DNA of 59,632 bases, filler included, from 8 parts of 8 records of this genome joined end to end with filler, not necessarily neighbours in it; one strand, 5' to 3'; shown: positions 1 to 9,265, numbered from the whole stretch's first letter. Translations and numbers: made by a program. Notes: generated from the letters alone by a model not told the origin.

Positions 1-2
1 CC

Positions 3-452
3 TTGATTCGAACAAAAATCCCTATTCTCGGACAACCTCCTCGTACATTTAATTATATGTCTACCGTTCTGCTGATTGAGGTTTTAGGGGTTGTTTCGCT
101 GTTCACATTTATCGGGAGCCTAATTGCTGTTCCCTGGGTGATTAACCGCATGCCTGTCGATTTTTTTATACAGCATTGGCAGCAGTTGGCAGTAAAACGG
201 CAGTCCAACCCGGCTTTGACAATCCTGATACTTATCGGGCGAAACGCGTTGGGACTGCTTCTGGTTGCTGCTGGGATTGCGATGCTTTTTTTACCGGGAC
301 AGGGGCTGCTAACCGTTCTGGTCGGTTTCTGTGTGATGGATTTTCCAGGGAAACAGCGATTGCTGCAGTACCTGATAAACAAGAAAAATATCCAAAAAGG
401 ACTGAACTGGATTCGCCGAAAAGGCGGCAGGCAGCCTTTTTCGTTTTCCTGA
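3..452 (+). CDS. PGPGW-family small membrane protein (start uncertain, possibly ATG 57)
   Basis: Hydrophobic segments and the motif 'GIAMLFLPGQGLLT...DFPGK' typical of PGPGW-domain proteins. Confidence 0.7.
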   Translation: MIRTKIPILGQPPRTFNYMSTVLLIEVLGVVSLFTFIGSLIAVPWVINRMPVDFFIQHWQQLAVKRQSNPALTILILIGRNALGLLLVAAGIAMLFLPGQGLLTVLVGFCVMDFPGKQRLLQYLINKKNIQKGLNWIRRKGGRQPFSFS

Positions 453-553
453 AAGTAACTGCTCACAGGCCACCAGGTCTTTTCGCGATCAGCCTTGTTT
501 ATGTATGACCAATACACTCGTTTGGCGATCTCTGTCGCTTACCCTGTTCGTCG

Positions 554-1813
554 TTACTCCTGAAGCACATCTGGGGAGAATGGCTGATACAATGGATCGC
601 CGATCAGGACCATTTGCCAGGAAAGAAAGGGTAAGCTGATCAGGTATGTTTCTCCCAGGGTGAGATATCCCTCAGTCAGTTTGCTGAAAAAAATATCCGG
701 CATAGGGAATGCCTGCACATAGGGTTCATAAACAGGGCCGACAGTGGCTGCAACGCCTTCTTCTAGCATTCTTTTGCACCACACCTGCGATTTTTTTTGC
801 TTCAGGGTAGAGCATTCACCGCTGGCAATGTGAAATCCCACAGCACCCGGCACCCAGGTAAAGGCATCAACATATGTTGATAGACTGTACCAGCCAACGT
901 AGAGAGCGGTTTCAGGGCAGTCACCGGTTGTAAACAGTGCATCTTGATCATTGAGCAAAATATCCATCTTTCTATTGTGTGGTACCACTGCTGCCGCTTT
1001 ATGGATGGCAGCATCATACAGGGCGTAGCCACTGAGCTTCTTCTTTTGTTCGGGTTTGGGCCAACGTGCATCAAAGCAAGCTTTCCCCTGCAATCCTTTT
1101 TGTTCAACGGTTATGGAGTCATCGATGATTCTGTGAACAGTGTCTGGTGTAGGGCCGTCTAAGCGACTGACCATCAGCACCTTATCACGTTGAAGAAGAG
1201 TTTTTTGTCGTTGGAATCCTAGAAAATATGGATTAGGGAGCCAGTTCTCAAGCGGATAGGTATCTGTGAGTACCAGAGCCAATTCAGAATCTACTGCCGC
1301 TCTGGTATCTGTTTGTTGGAGTAGCTTGATTTGCAGCTTGAGTGAATCTATGATGCCTTTTAATTGGGACTGTTTTTTGTTTTGCGTTGCCTTGTGTTTT
1401 TTTTGTTCCAGGCTGAGCTGTTGTTTAAGGTGATTAACCTGCTCTTCATCATCAAAATCCAAAAGAGGTGGTCGTATTTTCAGTGGCACACCGTACATGG
1501 TTACCAAGCATCGAATACGTTTTTTTTGCAGCAGTTTTTGCACAGCTTTTTTTACAGGCTCGGCTATGTCTTCCTGGTATTGTTCCCTGTCACAGCTTTC
1601 TTTCCATGTCGTTCGAATGCTGATAAGATTTTCAGCAGGGATACCTCGTTGCTGCATATAGTATTTTGCCAAAGAGAGGCTATGGTTGGCTTTGGTGTTG
1701 GCAATAACGACGACCTGGTCAGGTGTGAGGGCAGAGCTATGTGTGGGAAATGAAAAAAATAGACAGGACAGCAAGATGAAGGTAAGGCTGCTTGAACAAG
1801 GTGATGTGTTCAT
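554..1813 (-). CDS. TIGR03790-family secreted protein (exosortase/PEP-CTERM-associated)
   Basis: Signal peptide followed by 'ALTPDQVVVIAN...SLAKYYMQQRGIP', 'AAVDSELAL', 'VSRLDGP', 'GWYS' and 'GPVYEPY...IGDPLYQPF'; ATG 1813 is preferred to the ORF-track start at 2038. Confidence 0.8.
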   Translation of the reverse strand: MNTSPCSSSLTFILLSCLFFSFPTHSSALTPDQVVVIANTKANHSLSLAKYYMQQRGIPAENLISIRTTWKESCDREQYQEDIAEPVKKAVQKLLQKKRIRCLVTMYGVPLKIRPPLLDFDDEEQVNHLKQQLSLEQKKHKATQNKKQSQLKGIIDSLKLQIKLLQQTDTRAAVDSELALVLTDTYPLENWLPNPYFLGFQRQKTLLQRDKVLMVSRLDGPTPDTVHRIIDDSITVEQKGLQGKACFDARWPKPEQKKKLSGYALYDAAIHKAAAVVPHNRKMDILLNDQDALFTTGDCPETALYVGWYSLSTYVDAFTWVPGAVGFHIASGECSTLKQKKSQVWCKRMLEEGVAATVGPVYEPYVQAFPMPDIFFSKLTEGYLTLGETYLISLPFLSWQMVLIGDPLYQPFSPDVLQE

Positions 1814-2143
1814 GGAAAGAGTGTTATCGTGTTGGTCGTACAGGGCGTCTTGAGTTATAGCTTTTTCTGCCAAATTCGGCGTTATGCTCAACGTTTTATC
1901 CTCGGAGGTAAGCGAAGACTCCAATAGTAAGTATATGGCTGTGGTGAAATTCTTTCGCATGCCTCGGAGTCGGGACTTGCCTGATCTTGATTGAAAAATC
2001 TTATTCTTCAAGACACCCCACAGTTTGTAAAAAATCAAAGCGTTTATGTTAAAGAGAACCCCACCGTTAATGAAAGAGTACTTTCATTGTAGGCTTTGGA
2101 GTTTGAAAAGTCCATCTGTGTAAGCAGGGTATAAGAGTAAGTT

Positions 2144-3235
2144 ATGTTGAATTTTCTGTCCACACCGCAGCAGCGGTCTTTTCAAAGCCATTTGTTGCAT
2201 TGGTTTAATCTCAATCAGCGGAGTTTGCCATGGAGAACCTCCTATATTCCCTATCATGTGTGGATATCGGAAATCATGGGGCAGCAGACTCAGATGGAGA
2301 GAGTCTCTGAATATTTTTTGCGTTGGATTGATCGATTTCCCTCTGTTGCTTCGGTAGCAGTTGCACCTGAGCGCGATATTTTAAAGGTGTGGGAGGGGCT
2401 AGGCTATTACTCCAGGGCGCGCAATATTCAGAAAACCGCACAGCTATTAATGGATAAATACCATGGAGAGGTGCCCTCTTCCCACAAAGATCTGCTAAGT
2501 CTCCCTGGTGTTGGCCCGTATACTGCCGCAGCTATTCTTTCCATAGGGTTTAATCAACCATGGCCACTTCTCGATGCAAATGTTGAAAGGGTGTTTTCCC
2601 GGTTGGCAGATATAGACAAGCCTTTGAAACAGAAAGATACCAGGAAGGAACTGGAAAGGATGGCAGATGAACTTCTGTATACTAAAGATCCTCGAAATTG
2701 GAACCAGGCATTGATGGAGTTTGGTGCGCTTGTCTGTACACCTAAAAAACCAGCTTGCTCCCTGTGCCCAGTGCAGTCCTCCTGCCTTGCCAATAAACGA
2801 GATACTGTTGACTGGCGGCCTGTTCCCAGAGAAAAGAAAAAGATAATTGATATAACCATGGCTTGTGGAATATTGCGCCGAGGTAACCTCTTTTTTATTC
2901 AACAGCGAATGGATGATGATATATGGGGAGGTCTGTGGGAGTTTCCAGGTGGTCGTCTTTTAGGTGACGAATCGCCCGAGGAAGGCGTGATCCGTGAAGT
3001 AGCAGAAGAAACCGAGTGGCAGGTCACGGACCCTGTACCATTTCGATCAGTGGTACATCATTACACCCGTTATCGTGTTGTCCTCCATAGTTTCTGGTGC
3101 CAGTTACCCAAAACGCCAGTGCAGCCAGTGCTGCATGCGGCAACAGATGCAGCATGGGTAACCCTACGGGAACTGAGTGAGTACCCTTACCCGGCCGGTC
3201 ACCGGAAATTAGTGCAGATGTTGCAGGAACAATAA
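2144..3235 (+). CDS. mutY: A/G-specific adenine DNA glycosylase
   Basis: WISEIMGQQTQ, WEGLGYYSRARN, HhH LPGVGPYTA, FeS motif CTPKKPACSLCPVQSSC, C-terminal NUDIX-like GLWEFPGG. Confidence 0.95.
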   Translation: MLNFLSTPQQRSFQSHLLHWFNLNQRSLPWRTSYIPYHVWISEIMGQQTQMERVSEYFLRWIDRFPSVASVAVAPERDILKVWEGLGYYSRARNIQKTAQLLMDKYHGEVPSSHKDLLSLPGVGPYTAAAILSIGFNQPWPLLDANVERVFSRLADIDKPLKQKDTRKELERMADELLYTKDPRNWNQALMEFGALVCTPKKPACSLCPVQSSCLANKRDTVDWRPVPREKKKIIDITMACGILRRGNLFFIQQRMDDDIWGGLWEFPGGRLLGDESPEEGVIREVAEETEWQVTDPVPFRSVVHHYTRYRVVLHSFWCQLPKTPVQPVLHAATDAAWVTLRELSEYPYPAGHRKLVQMLQEQ

Positions 3236-3411
3236 TTCCGGAAAATAGGTAAAGATACCTAGTGGGAATTTTTATTGTTTTTTTAGGTTGATATGAATCG
3301 TGATTTAATTTTTTTTCGAATTAGCGGAAAAAATTTGTCTGTTACCGCTAATAGTGCTAATGTGGAGCAAGCAATAATTTATTCCACTTTCTTTAACTGG
3401 TCTGGTTTATT

Positions 3412-4917
3412 TTGAGTAATTCAATCCTTGCAGCTGCAAGTATCCAAGACGAAGTAAATCGCCTCTCCACCAACTGGCGTACCCTGCTCGACGCCATGCC
3501 GGAAATGGTTTTGCTTTTGAGTGAGCATCGCTCTGTTGAATATATGAATCCGAGCGCTCAAAAGCATTTTGGCAAGAAGTGTTCTGAGAAGGTTGTCGAT
3601 GATTTATCTAAGATTGCTCTATGGACACAAGATAAAAAAGTCGTTGATAAAAAAAAGACTAACACCACGGTACAGGAAACCGTTATAGGTGATGTACCTG
3701 TAGAGTATTCTTCTGTCCCATTTGCAGGCTATACCGGCGAACGGCTGACCATGTTCGTGGTGCGGGACATCTCCAGACGAAAGGCCAGGGAAGAGGAATT
3801 ACGTCTTTTTAACACCAATATCGAAGATATCCTTCAGCAGAAAATTGCCGAACTGCAGGAAAGTGAAGAGATGCGGCAACGGTTGTCTCGCCAGGTAAAC
3901 AGCTTGAAGAGTCAGTTGGGGTATCGGCATGAGGCCGACAAGATGATTGGCTCCAGCCGCAAGATGCGAGAACTGCGAGAGATGATCCACCAGGTAGCGG
4001 GGTCAGATGCCACCATCCTCATTACCGGTGAATCCGGTACAGGCAAAGAGCTGGTCGCCAACCTTATTAAAGCGACCAGCAATCGGGACGACAAGCCCTT
4101 TCTTAAAATTAATTGTAATGCCATTAATGATTCCATCCTGGAATCTGATCTGTTTGGTTATGAAAAGGGTGCATTTACCGGTGCAAACGCAAGAAAGGTC
4201 GGTAAGTTCGAGGTCGTCAATGGGGGGTCTATTTTTCTCGATGAGATAGGGGATATCAGTCCTCGCATGCAGGCCTCTTTACTGCGGGTGCTCCAGAACG
4301 GGGAAATTGTCCGTGTTGGCGGAACTGAACCTGTGAAAGTGGATGTGCGTGTTATTGCAGCCACTAATGTGGACCTGGCAACAGCGGTTAAGGAAAAACA
4401 ATTTCGGCTTGATCTGTATTACAGGCTCAATATTATCAATATCGATATGAGTCCATTGCGAGATCGCAAGGAAGATATTGTTGAGCTGGTCTCTCACTTT
4501 GTTAAACACTACCGGGAAGCCTTTAAAAAAGACATCGATTTTGTACCCAAGTCTATCATCAATCGACTATTGCTCCACGATTGGCCTGGCAATGTCCGCG
4601 AACTCGAAAATTTGATCCAGCGGGCCGTGCTGATGACCAAGGGCAAGATGATCACCGAAAAAGATCTCTTCTTTGACCAAAATCTCGGTGAGCAGCAGAA
4701 GGACAACGGGAGCATCAATATCGAAAACAAATTGGGAGAAGACTCTCTCAAAATTATTCTCTCCGAATTCGAAGGCGAGATTATCACCCAGGCATTGCGC
4801 AAATTTAACGGCAATGTCGCCATCGCCGCCGATAAGCTCCAGGTCGGCAAGACCGCTCTTTATGATAAGATGAAGCGGTATAATATCTCTGCTAAGTCTA
4901 TTAAGAAGGGATTGTAG
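3412..4917 (+). CDS. sigma54-dependent transcriptional activator (PAS-AAA+-Fis HTH)
   Basis: Walker [33 protein letters not shown]-terminal HTH; N-terminal PAS-like region 'LLDAMPEMVLLL'. Confidence 0.93.
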   Translation: MSNSILAAASIQDEVNRLSTNWRTLLDAMPEMVLLLSEHRSVEYMNPSAQKHFGKKCSEKVVDDLSKIALWTQDKKVVDKKKTNTTVQETVIGDVPVEYSSVPFAGYTGERLTMFVVRDISRRKAREEELRLFNTNIEDILQQKIAELQESEEMRQRLSRQVNSLKSQLGYRHEADKMIGSSRKMRELREMIHQVAGSDATILITGESGTGKELVANLIKATSNRDDKPFLKINCNAINDSILESDLFGYEKGAFTGANARKVGKFEVVNGGSIFLDEIGDISPRMQASLLRVLQNGEIVRVGGTEPVKVDVRVIAATNVDLATAVKEKQFRLDLYYRLNIINIDMSPLRDRKEDIVELVSHFVKHYREAFKKDIDFVPKSIINRLLLHDWPGNVRELENLIQRAVLMTKGKMITEKDLFFDQNLGEQQKDNGSINIENKLGEDSLKIILSEFEGEIITQALRKFNGNVAIAADKLQVGKTALYDKMKRYNISAKSIKKGL

Positions 4918-4992
4918 GTCTTCCGGTTATTGGATAAACGATAAAGTTTTCTCTGTGCGCCGGGCCGGAATGTATTTTGCAAATGCCATCGT

Positions 4993-5241
4993 ATGCAAAA
5001 TATAAAAGTCAAACAATCTGTCGTCTCACCAATTGGTGACGTGCCCCTTGGCGAATCGATGTGTTGCCAGCACTGGACCGTTGCAACAAAGAGCTGTTGT
5101 GTTTTCCAAGATGGGCTATACCTTCCCTCCTCCGAGCAAGTAGGCACCTATTGTACTTCCCGTTTTTTCACTGCATGCAGTTTATATCAGGAGTTCCGTG
5201 GTGAGCAGGAAAAAGGACAAGTAGATTTTAAAAGTCTTTGA
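4993..5241 (+). CDS. small Cys-rich hypothetical protein (true start may be 5041 or 5059)
   Basis: ORF with CC..CC..GLYLP..YC..C pattern directly after the activator; a GG-N10-GC element lies at 4967-4980. Confidence 0.45.
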   Translation: MQNIKVKQSVVSPIGDVPLGESMCCQHWTVATKSCCVFQDGLYLPSSEQVGTYCTSRFFTACSLYQEFRGEQEKGQVDFKSL

Positions 5242-5263
5242 AAACTGTTGATTTTTTTGTGAA

Positions 5264-5300
5264 AATTCCGGATTGAAATTCATTTTTCCGGAATTTCGAA
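5264..5300. promoter_or_regulatory. putative enhancer (UAS) motif, copy A
   Basis: AATTCCG-N12-TTTTTCCG-GAATTT-CGAA; aligns without gaps to the copies at 5497 and 7726. Confidence 0.6.
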
Positions 5301-5496
5301 TTTTGAGAATGGTGTTTTGGATGTGATCTAGAAATTCTGGTTCTGCAGTGTCGTCCTCGTTTTTCTCGTGCTTTCCTGTTTTCCGCACATTTTTTTTGTT
5401 CGTATGATTTCTATCAGAAGGGTTTTGGTTAGTCCCAAAAATGTGAAATTGTTTTTTGATGGGTATTCGAAGGTTGGAGGAGATATTTTTGGGTGA

Positions 5497-5534
5497 AATT
5501 CCGGAATAAAACCCATTTTTTCGGAATTTTGGAA
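5497..5534. promoter_or_regulatory. putative enhancer (UAS) motif, copy B
   Basis: AATTCCG-N12-TTTTTTCG-GAATTT-TGGAA, about 100 bp upstream of a sigma54 promoter. Confidence 0.65.
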
Positions 5535-5630
5535 GTTTGTGGTGGTGGTGTCTGTTTTTGATTTGGGAGTGGGGTAGGTAAGTTGGGATAAGGTGAAATT
5601 ATATTTCACCTTATCCCTTTTTGTTTTTTC

Positions 5631-5646
5631 GGGCATGGCTTGTGCA
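5631..5646 (+). promoter_or_regulatory. sigma54 -24/-12 promoter of the first PEP-CTERM gene
   Basis: GGGCATGGCTTGTGCA: GG(5632-33)-N10-GC(5644-45). Confidence 0.65.
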
Positions 5647-5750
5647 TAGTGTGGTGTAATAAATATGCTAGTCAATTATTAGGTTTTGCTTAGTATTTTG
5701 GTTATTCATACGAGAAAGATTATCTAATTCTACCTTGGAGAGAGAGTGAA

Positions 5751-6407
5751 ATGAAAAAAACTATATTGAAGAGTGCGATGACAGTATGTGTAGGTATGGG
5801 GCTTGTTGCTGGATATGCAGTAACAGCCTCTGCAATCACAATGACGCTTGATACTGGCGTGCCAATCATGTTAATCGATGCTGTAGAAGACACTGTATAC
5901 GGTCAAACAGAAAATACTACAGTAACTGTTTCCAATTGGGATATTAACGATGGTTATTTCTTTGAATACAATGTAAATGGTGGAGCATGGAACGATATCG
6001 CAAATATTCTTCCAGACGGAGATGAAGTGTCTTTTGATGGAGGTTCTGTACTTGATTTCAGAATGGTTAGCCTAGATAGATCGTCTGATTGGGTTCTTTC
6101 TAATGATGCCGATGACGATACTTTCAGCGTTCAGATGATTTTTTCTGAACCAATCGAGGCTATTAATTCTCAAAATCCAGTAGTTGCGAATAATTACTGG
6201 GACAATCTAGAAATATTCTGGACTCTACCTTCTATCCCAGGTCAAGTTGGGAAAACAACCTCCAGCCTCACAATTGAGACTGGTGATTACGGAGATCCAC
6301 AATCAAAATTCGACGGATTCGCCCCAGTCCCCGAACCAACCACTATGTTACTCTTTGGTACAGGCTTAGCTGGATTGGCTGGAGTTGCGCGCCGTAGAAG
6401 AAAGTAA
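5751..6407 (+). CDS. PEP-CTERM sorting-domain surface protein
   Basis: Signal peptide; C-terminus APVPEPTTMLLFGTGLAGLAGVARRRRK. Confidence 0.93.
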   Translation: MKKTILKSAMTVCVGMGLVAGYAVTASAITMTLDTGVPIMLIDAVEDTVYGQTENTTVTVSNWDINDGYFFEYNVNGGAWNDIANILPDGDEVSFDGGSVLDFRMVSLDRSSDWVLSNDADDDTFSVQMIFSEPIEAINSQNPVVANNYWDNLEIFWTLPSIPGQVGKTTSSLTIETGDYGDPQSKFDGFAPVPEPTTMLLFGTGLAGLAGVARRRRK

Positions 6408-6425
6408 TGTAATCAAGTCTCATTT

Positions 6426-6470
6426 AATAAATAGCCTGTTGACTTTAAGTCAATGGGCTATTTATTTGTG
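6426..6470 (+). terminator. intrinsic terminator (possibly bidirectional)
   Basis: Stem AATAAATAGCCTGTTGACT / AGTCAATGGGCTATTTATT just after the stop codon. Confidence 0.7.
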
Positions 6471-6503
6471 TTTTATGAATATTATTATTTATTAGGTATT
6501 ATT

Positions 6504-7296
6504 AGGGGACAGACCACGTTTAATGTGATATGGTCAATAGAATTATTCTTCTTAACTAAGCGATTGAGTAGTGATCATGCCCAGGCGTCCCCGTATAGTA
6601 GTAGCCGGCGTTCCACTTCATGTTATTCAGCGAGGCAACAACCGAGAGGCGTGTTTTTACGCAGAGGAGGATTATCAGTTCTATCTTGAATGGTTGCAGG
6701 AGTATGCTGGCATGACCGATTGTGCAATACATGCTTTCGTTTTAATGACAAACCATGTGCACCTTTTACTGACCCCAAAGAAAACAGAGAGCGCTGCTCT
6801 GCTCATGAAAAAACTTGGGCAACGTTATGTGCAGTATGTTAACCGAACATATGAAAGAACAGGAACACTGTGGGAAGGGCGGTTTAGGTCGTGCGTTGCT
6901 CAAGAAGATAACTATTTACTTACCTGCCAAAGATACATTGAGCTCAATTCAGTTCGTGCCAATATGGTGGAACATCCTGGTGAATATCGATGGTCGAGCT
7001 ATCGTGCTAATGCTGTTGGTGAGAATATGGAGATGTTAACTCCCCATTCTCAGTATATGGCGCTTGGTAAAAGAGCAACCGATAGGCAGCGTGCATATCG
7101 TGAGCTTTTCCGCTATCAGTTGGAGCCAGGTCTCATTGACGAAATACGTAAAGCGACAAACGGTAATTTTGTCCTTGGCGACAATCGATTTGCAGATGAG
7201 ATCGCATCTAAGGTTGGAAGACGTGTAACTCGCAGCCTACCTGGAAGACCTCGGAAAGCAAATTAGGGCACCTCTTTCTAAAGTGGTCTGACCCCT
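6504..7296 (+). mobile_element. RAYT-encoding element bounded by a 14-bp inverted repeat
   Basis: AGGGGACAGACCAC (6504-6517) and GTGGTCTGACCCCT (7283-7296) match at 13/14 as an inverted repeat and tightly flank the transposase ORF. Confidence 0.7.
6577..7266 (+). CDS. REP-associated tyrosine transposase (RAYT, Y1 HUH)
   Basis: MPRRPR...HVIQRGNNR, HUH motif MTNHVHLL, GTLWEGRFRS, YIELNxVRA, YRWSSY. Confidence 0.9.
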   Translation: MPRRPRIVVAGVPLHVIQRGNNREACFYAEEDYQFYLEWLQEYAGMTDCAIHAFVLMTNHVHLLLTPKKTESAALLMKKLGQRYVQYVNRTYERTGTLWEGRFRSCVAQEDNYLLTCQRYIELNSVRANMVEHPGEYRWSSYRANAVGENMEMLTPHSQYMALGKRATDRQRAYRELFRYQLEPGLIDEIRKATNGNFVLGDNRFADEIASKVGRRVTRSLPGRPRKAN

Positions 7297-7300
7297 GTTT

Positions 7301-7647
7301 TTCCCTGCAGTAGGAAAAAGAAGTAGTTCCAGAGTTGTATCATCGAAATCTCCAGGGAAGGGCAAATCTAATCCGGCTGTTTTGACCCGATGGAGATAAT
7401 CACTAACTGCTCCCCTACCTATACTAAGACTTTGACTGATTTCAGGTATACTACAACTATAGTAGTATTTGAGGCGTAAAACCTACCGTATTTTCCCCAT
7501 AGATACCGCCTTCGCGGCATGACAACCTCCCTGAATCATTTGTCCAAAAAGGTCTGTCTCTACAAGATTCTTCTATGCGTCGCCTTACTCTATTTTTGCA
7601 GTCCAGATTAATATGGAGTCGGTGTCCGGTTTGCTCTGGAATATTCA
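7301..7647 (-). pseudogene. istA: IS21-family left end and decayed istA 5' fragment
   Basis: The minus strand from ATG 7520 (RBS GGGAGG) reads MPRRR/frameshift/SMGKIR*VLRLKY...EISQSLSIGRGAVSDYLHRVKTAGLDLPFPGDFDDTTLELLLFP, matching IstA N-termini; an IS21-like end TGAATATTCCAGAGCAAACCGGACACC starts at 7647. Confidence 0.75.
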
Positions 7648-7725
7648 TCCTAAGCTTTAAAGAAAGAGAAAACCTCCTCTTTCTTCTTTACGTTGCTTCT
7701 CTCAATCGTCACTTAAAACAAACAG

Positions 7726-7763
7726 AATTCCGTAAATAAATCCTATTTTCCGTAATTTCGGAA
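7726..7763. promoter_or_regulatory. putative enhancer (UAS) motif, copy C
   Basis: AATTCCG-N12-ATTTTCCG-TAATTT-CGGAA upstream of the second PEP-CTERM gene. Confidence 0.65.
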
Positions 7764-7837
7764 AAGAAGAGGGCGTTGATGGATACTATTAACAACGCGT
7801 TTAGGGGTGTGAATTATATTTCTAAGTATAACGCGAG

Positions 7838-7876
7838 TCACATTGTGGTACTTAACTGGTTCACATTGTGGTACTT
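7838..7876. repeat. 16-bp direct repeat, two copies (23-bp period)
   Basis: TCACATTGTGGTACTT at 7838-7853 and 7861-7876. Confidence 0.85.
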
Positions 7877-7929
7877 TTGCAGGCTAGAAAATTTCGAGAG
7901 CAGTAACAGTTGAGAGAGCATTTTCTTTT

Positions 7930-7945
7930 TGGCACGATAGGTGAA
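7930..7945 (+). promoter_or_regulatory. sigma54-like promoter of the second PEP-CTERM gene
   Basis: TGGCACGATAGGTGAA: perfect -24 TGGCACG, but the -12 element is GA instead of GC. Confidence 0.55.
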
Positions 7946-8027
7946 ATTGGTAATGGTAGCAGTGCCTAGGGAATTATTTAACTAGGTTGGGATTCATACT
8001 ATGCTAGCCAAACCCTTGGAGATAAAA

Positions 8028-8723
8028 ATGAAAAAAAGAATGCTTAAATCAACGATTATTGGTTTCTTTATCTGGGGTATCACCGCAGGCAGTGCACTGG
8101 CACTTCCAGGATATACAGGATTTGACGAGTTTGAACTTCTAAATCCTGACACAGTAGCGAATATAGATCCATTTAACATCGCTCAATTACCTTTTGATGC
8201 TACAGACACTGACGCAGACGGTTTTTATATCTGGACCAATAGCTCAAGGTCAGAAATGACCATTTTATGGACAGGTGATCAAGTCAATGGTGACACCCGA
8301 TTTAAAGGGGAAGTCAGCCTGCTAGGCCTCACAGCTACTCCTGCTAGCAAAATCCGTTTTGAATCTGGTACTGGTACAAACCAAGATGACCTTGATCAAT
8401 TCGGGAACACAATTGGTTTTAGAGCTTGGGCAGGTTCAAGTGGCAGTAGGTGGTATGATGGTTTCAGTATCGCTGTTACGCAAAACATGACCCCTTCTTA
8501 TTTTGCTTTTGATTTACAAACAAGTAAGAATCATCCGATTAATTTTTCACATGAAGAAACTAGGATTTTTTTTGGTGAGTCAGGAAATGCCATTGGGTTA
8601 TATGATGCGGACACAGATGGTACATTTGCTATTGCGGCACCTATTCCAGAACCGACAACTATGCTTCTTTTTGGTACCGGCCTTGCCGGTCTTGCCGGAA
8701 TAGCAAGACGTAGAAGAAAATAA
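8028..8723 (+). CDS. PEP-CTERM sorting-domain surface protein
   Basis: RBS GGAG before ATG 8028, signal peptide, C-terminus APIPEPTTMLLFGTGLAGLAGIARRRRK. Confidence 0.93.
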   Translation: MKKRMLKSTIIGFFIWGITAGSALALPGYTGFDEFELLNPDTVANIDPFNIAQLPFDATDTDADGFYIWTNSSRSEMTILWTGDQVNGDTRFKGEVSLLGLTATPASKIRFESGTGTNQDDLDQFGNTIGFRAWAGSSGSRWYDGFSIAVTQNMTPSYFAFDLQTSKNHPINFSHEETRIFFGESGNAIGLYDADTDGTFAIAAPIPEPTTMLLFGTGLAGLAGIARRRRK

Positions 8724-8734
8724 ATACTTAGTTC

Positions 8735-8783
8735 TTTTGGGGTACCCCGACTTTGGCGGGTACCCCCCCCCCCCAAAAAAAAA
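8735..8783 (+). terminator. GC-rich hairpin after the PEP-CTERM gene
   Basis: GGGGTACCC...GGGTACCCC stem followed by C12 and A9 runs. Confidence 0.45.
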
Positions 8784-9013
8784 TGCCAATTGCGTATATA
8801 ATAATACTGTTTAATTTCCTGGCTTTTTCTCAACTTTAAACTGCTAAGTAGGTAAGATAAGGTGAGAGTGCCACTTTCGCCTTGAATGCTGCTGAGTGTT
8901 TCCTTCTTGTTCTTTTTGCCATTCTCTGCTCCATTTTAATGACCATAGGGCCTATAAATAGGTAGCAGTTTTTTCACTTAACGGCTTGGTTCAATTTTCG
9001 GGGCCACCTCTGA

Positions 9014-9265
9014 ATAAAGGGATTTTTTATTGTAACGACCTTGCTGGATCCCATCAAATATCCTAGCGAGGAAATTACCGAACTGTACCAGAGGCGATGG
9101 AATGTTGAGCTTCTTTTTCGAGATATAAAGACGACCATGGGAATGGATATTTTACTGTGCCAAACTTCGGAAACGATATCCAAAGAGATCATTATGAACT
9201 TTATAGCTTACTACTGTGTTCGTAGGCTTATGTATGAGCCATCAATTGATATAAAATCCCTCCAT
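9014..9265 (+). pseudogene. IS4-family DDE transposase C-terminal fragment
   Basis: IVTTLLDP..YPSEEITELYQRRWNVELLFRDIKT (Y..RW..E..F..K signature); no N-terminal part upstream; runs into the contig end. Confidence 0.75.

Noticed and set aside
1814-2038. 75-aa N-terminal extension of the TIGR03790-like ORF
   Set aside because: The signal peptide begins after ATG 1813; the extension overlaps the divergent promoter region.
5182-5675. Minus-strand ORFs 5182-5388 and 5328-5675 that resemble each other
   Set aside because: The similarity comes from the repeated DNA motif copies A and B; the ORFs are low-complexity and probably non-coding.
7838-7876. Possible mini-CRISPR array
   Set aside because: Only two 16-bp copies with a 7-bp gap, and no cas genes in the window.
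8763-8783. C12/A9 homopolymer as a phase-variation tract
   Set aside because: Intergenic, downstream of a stop codon and within a hairpin; no gene it could switch, and it may be a sequencing artefact.
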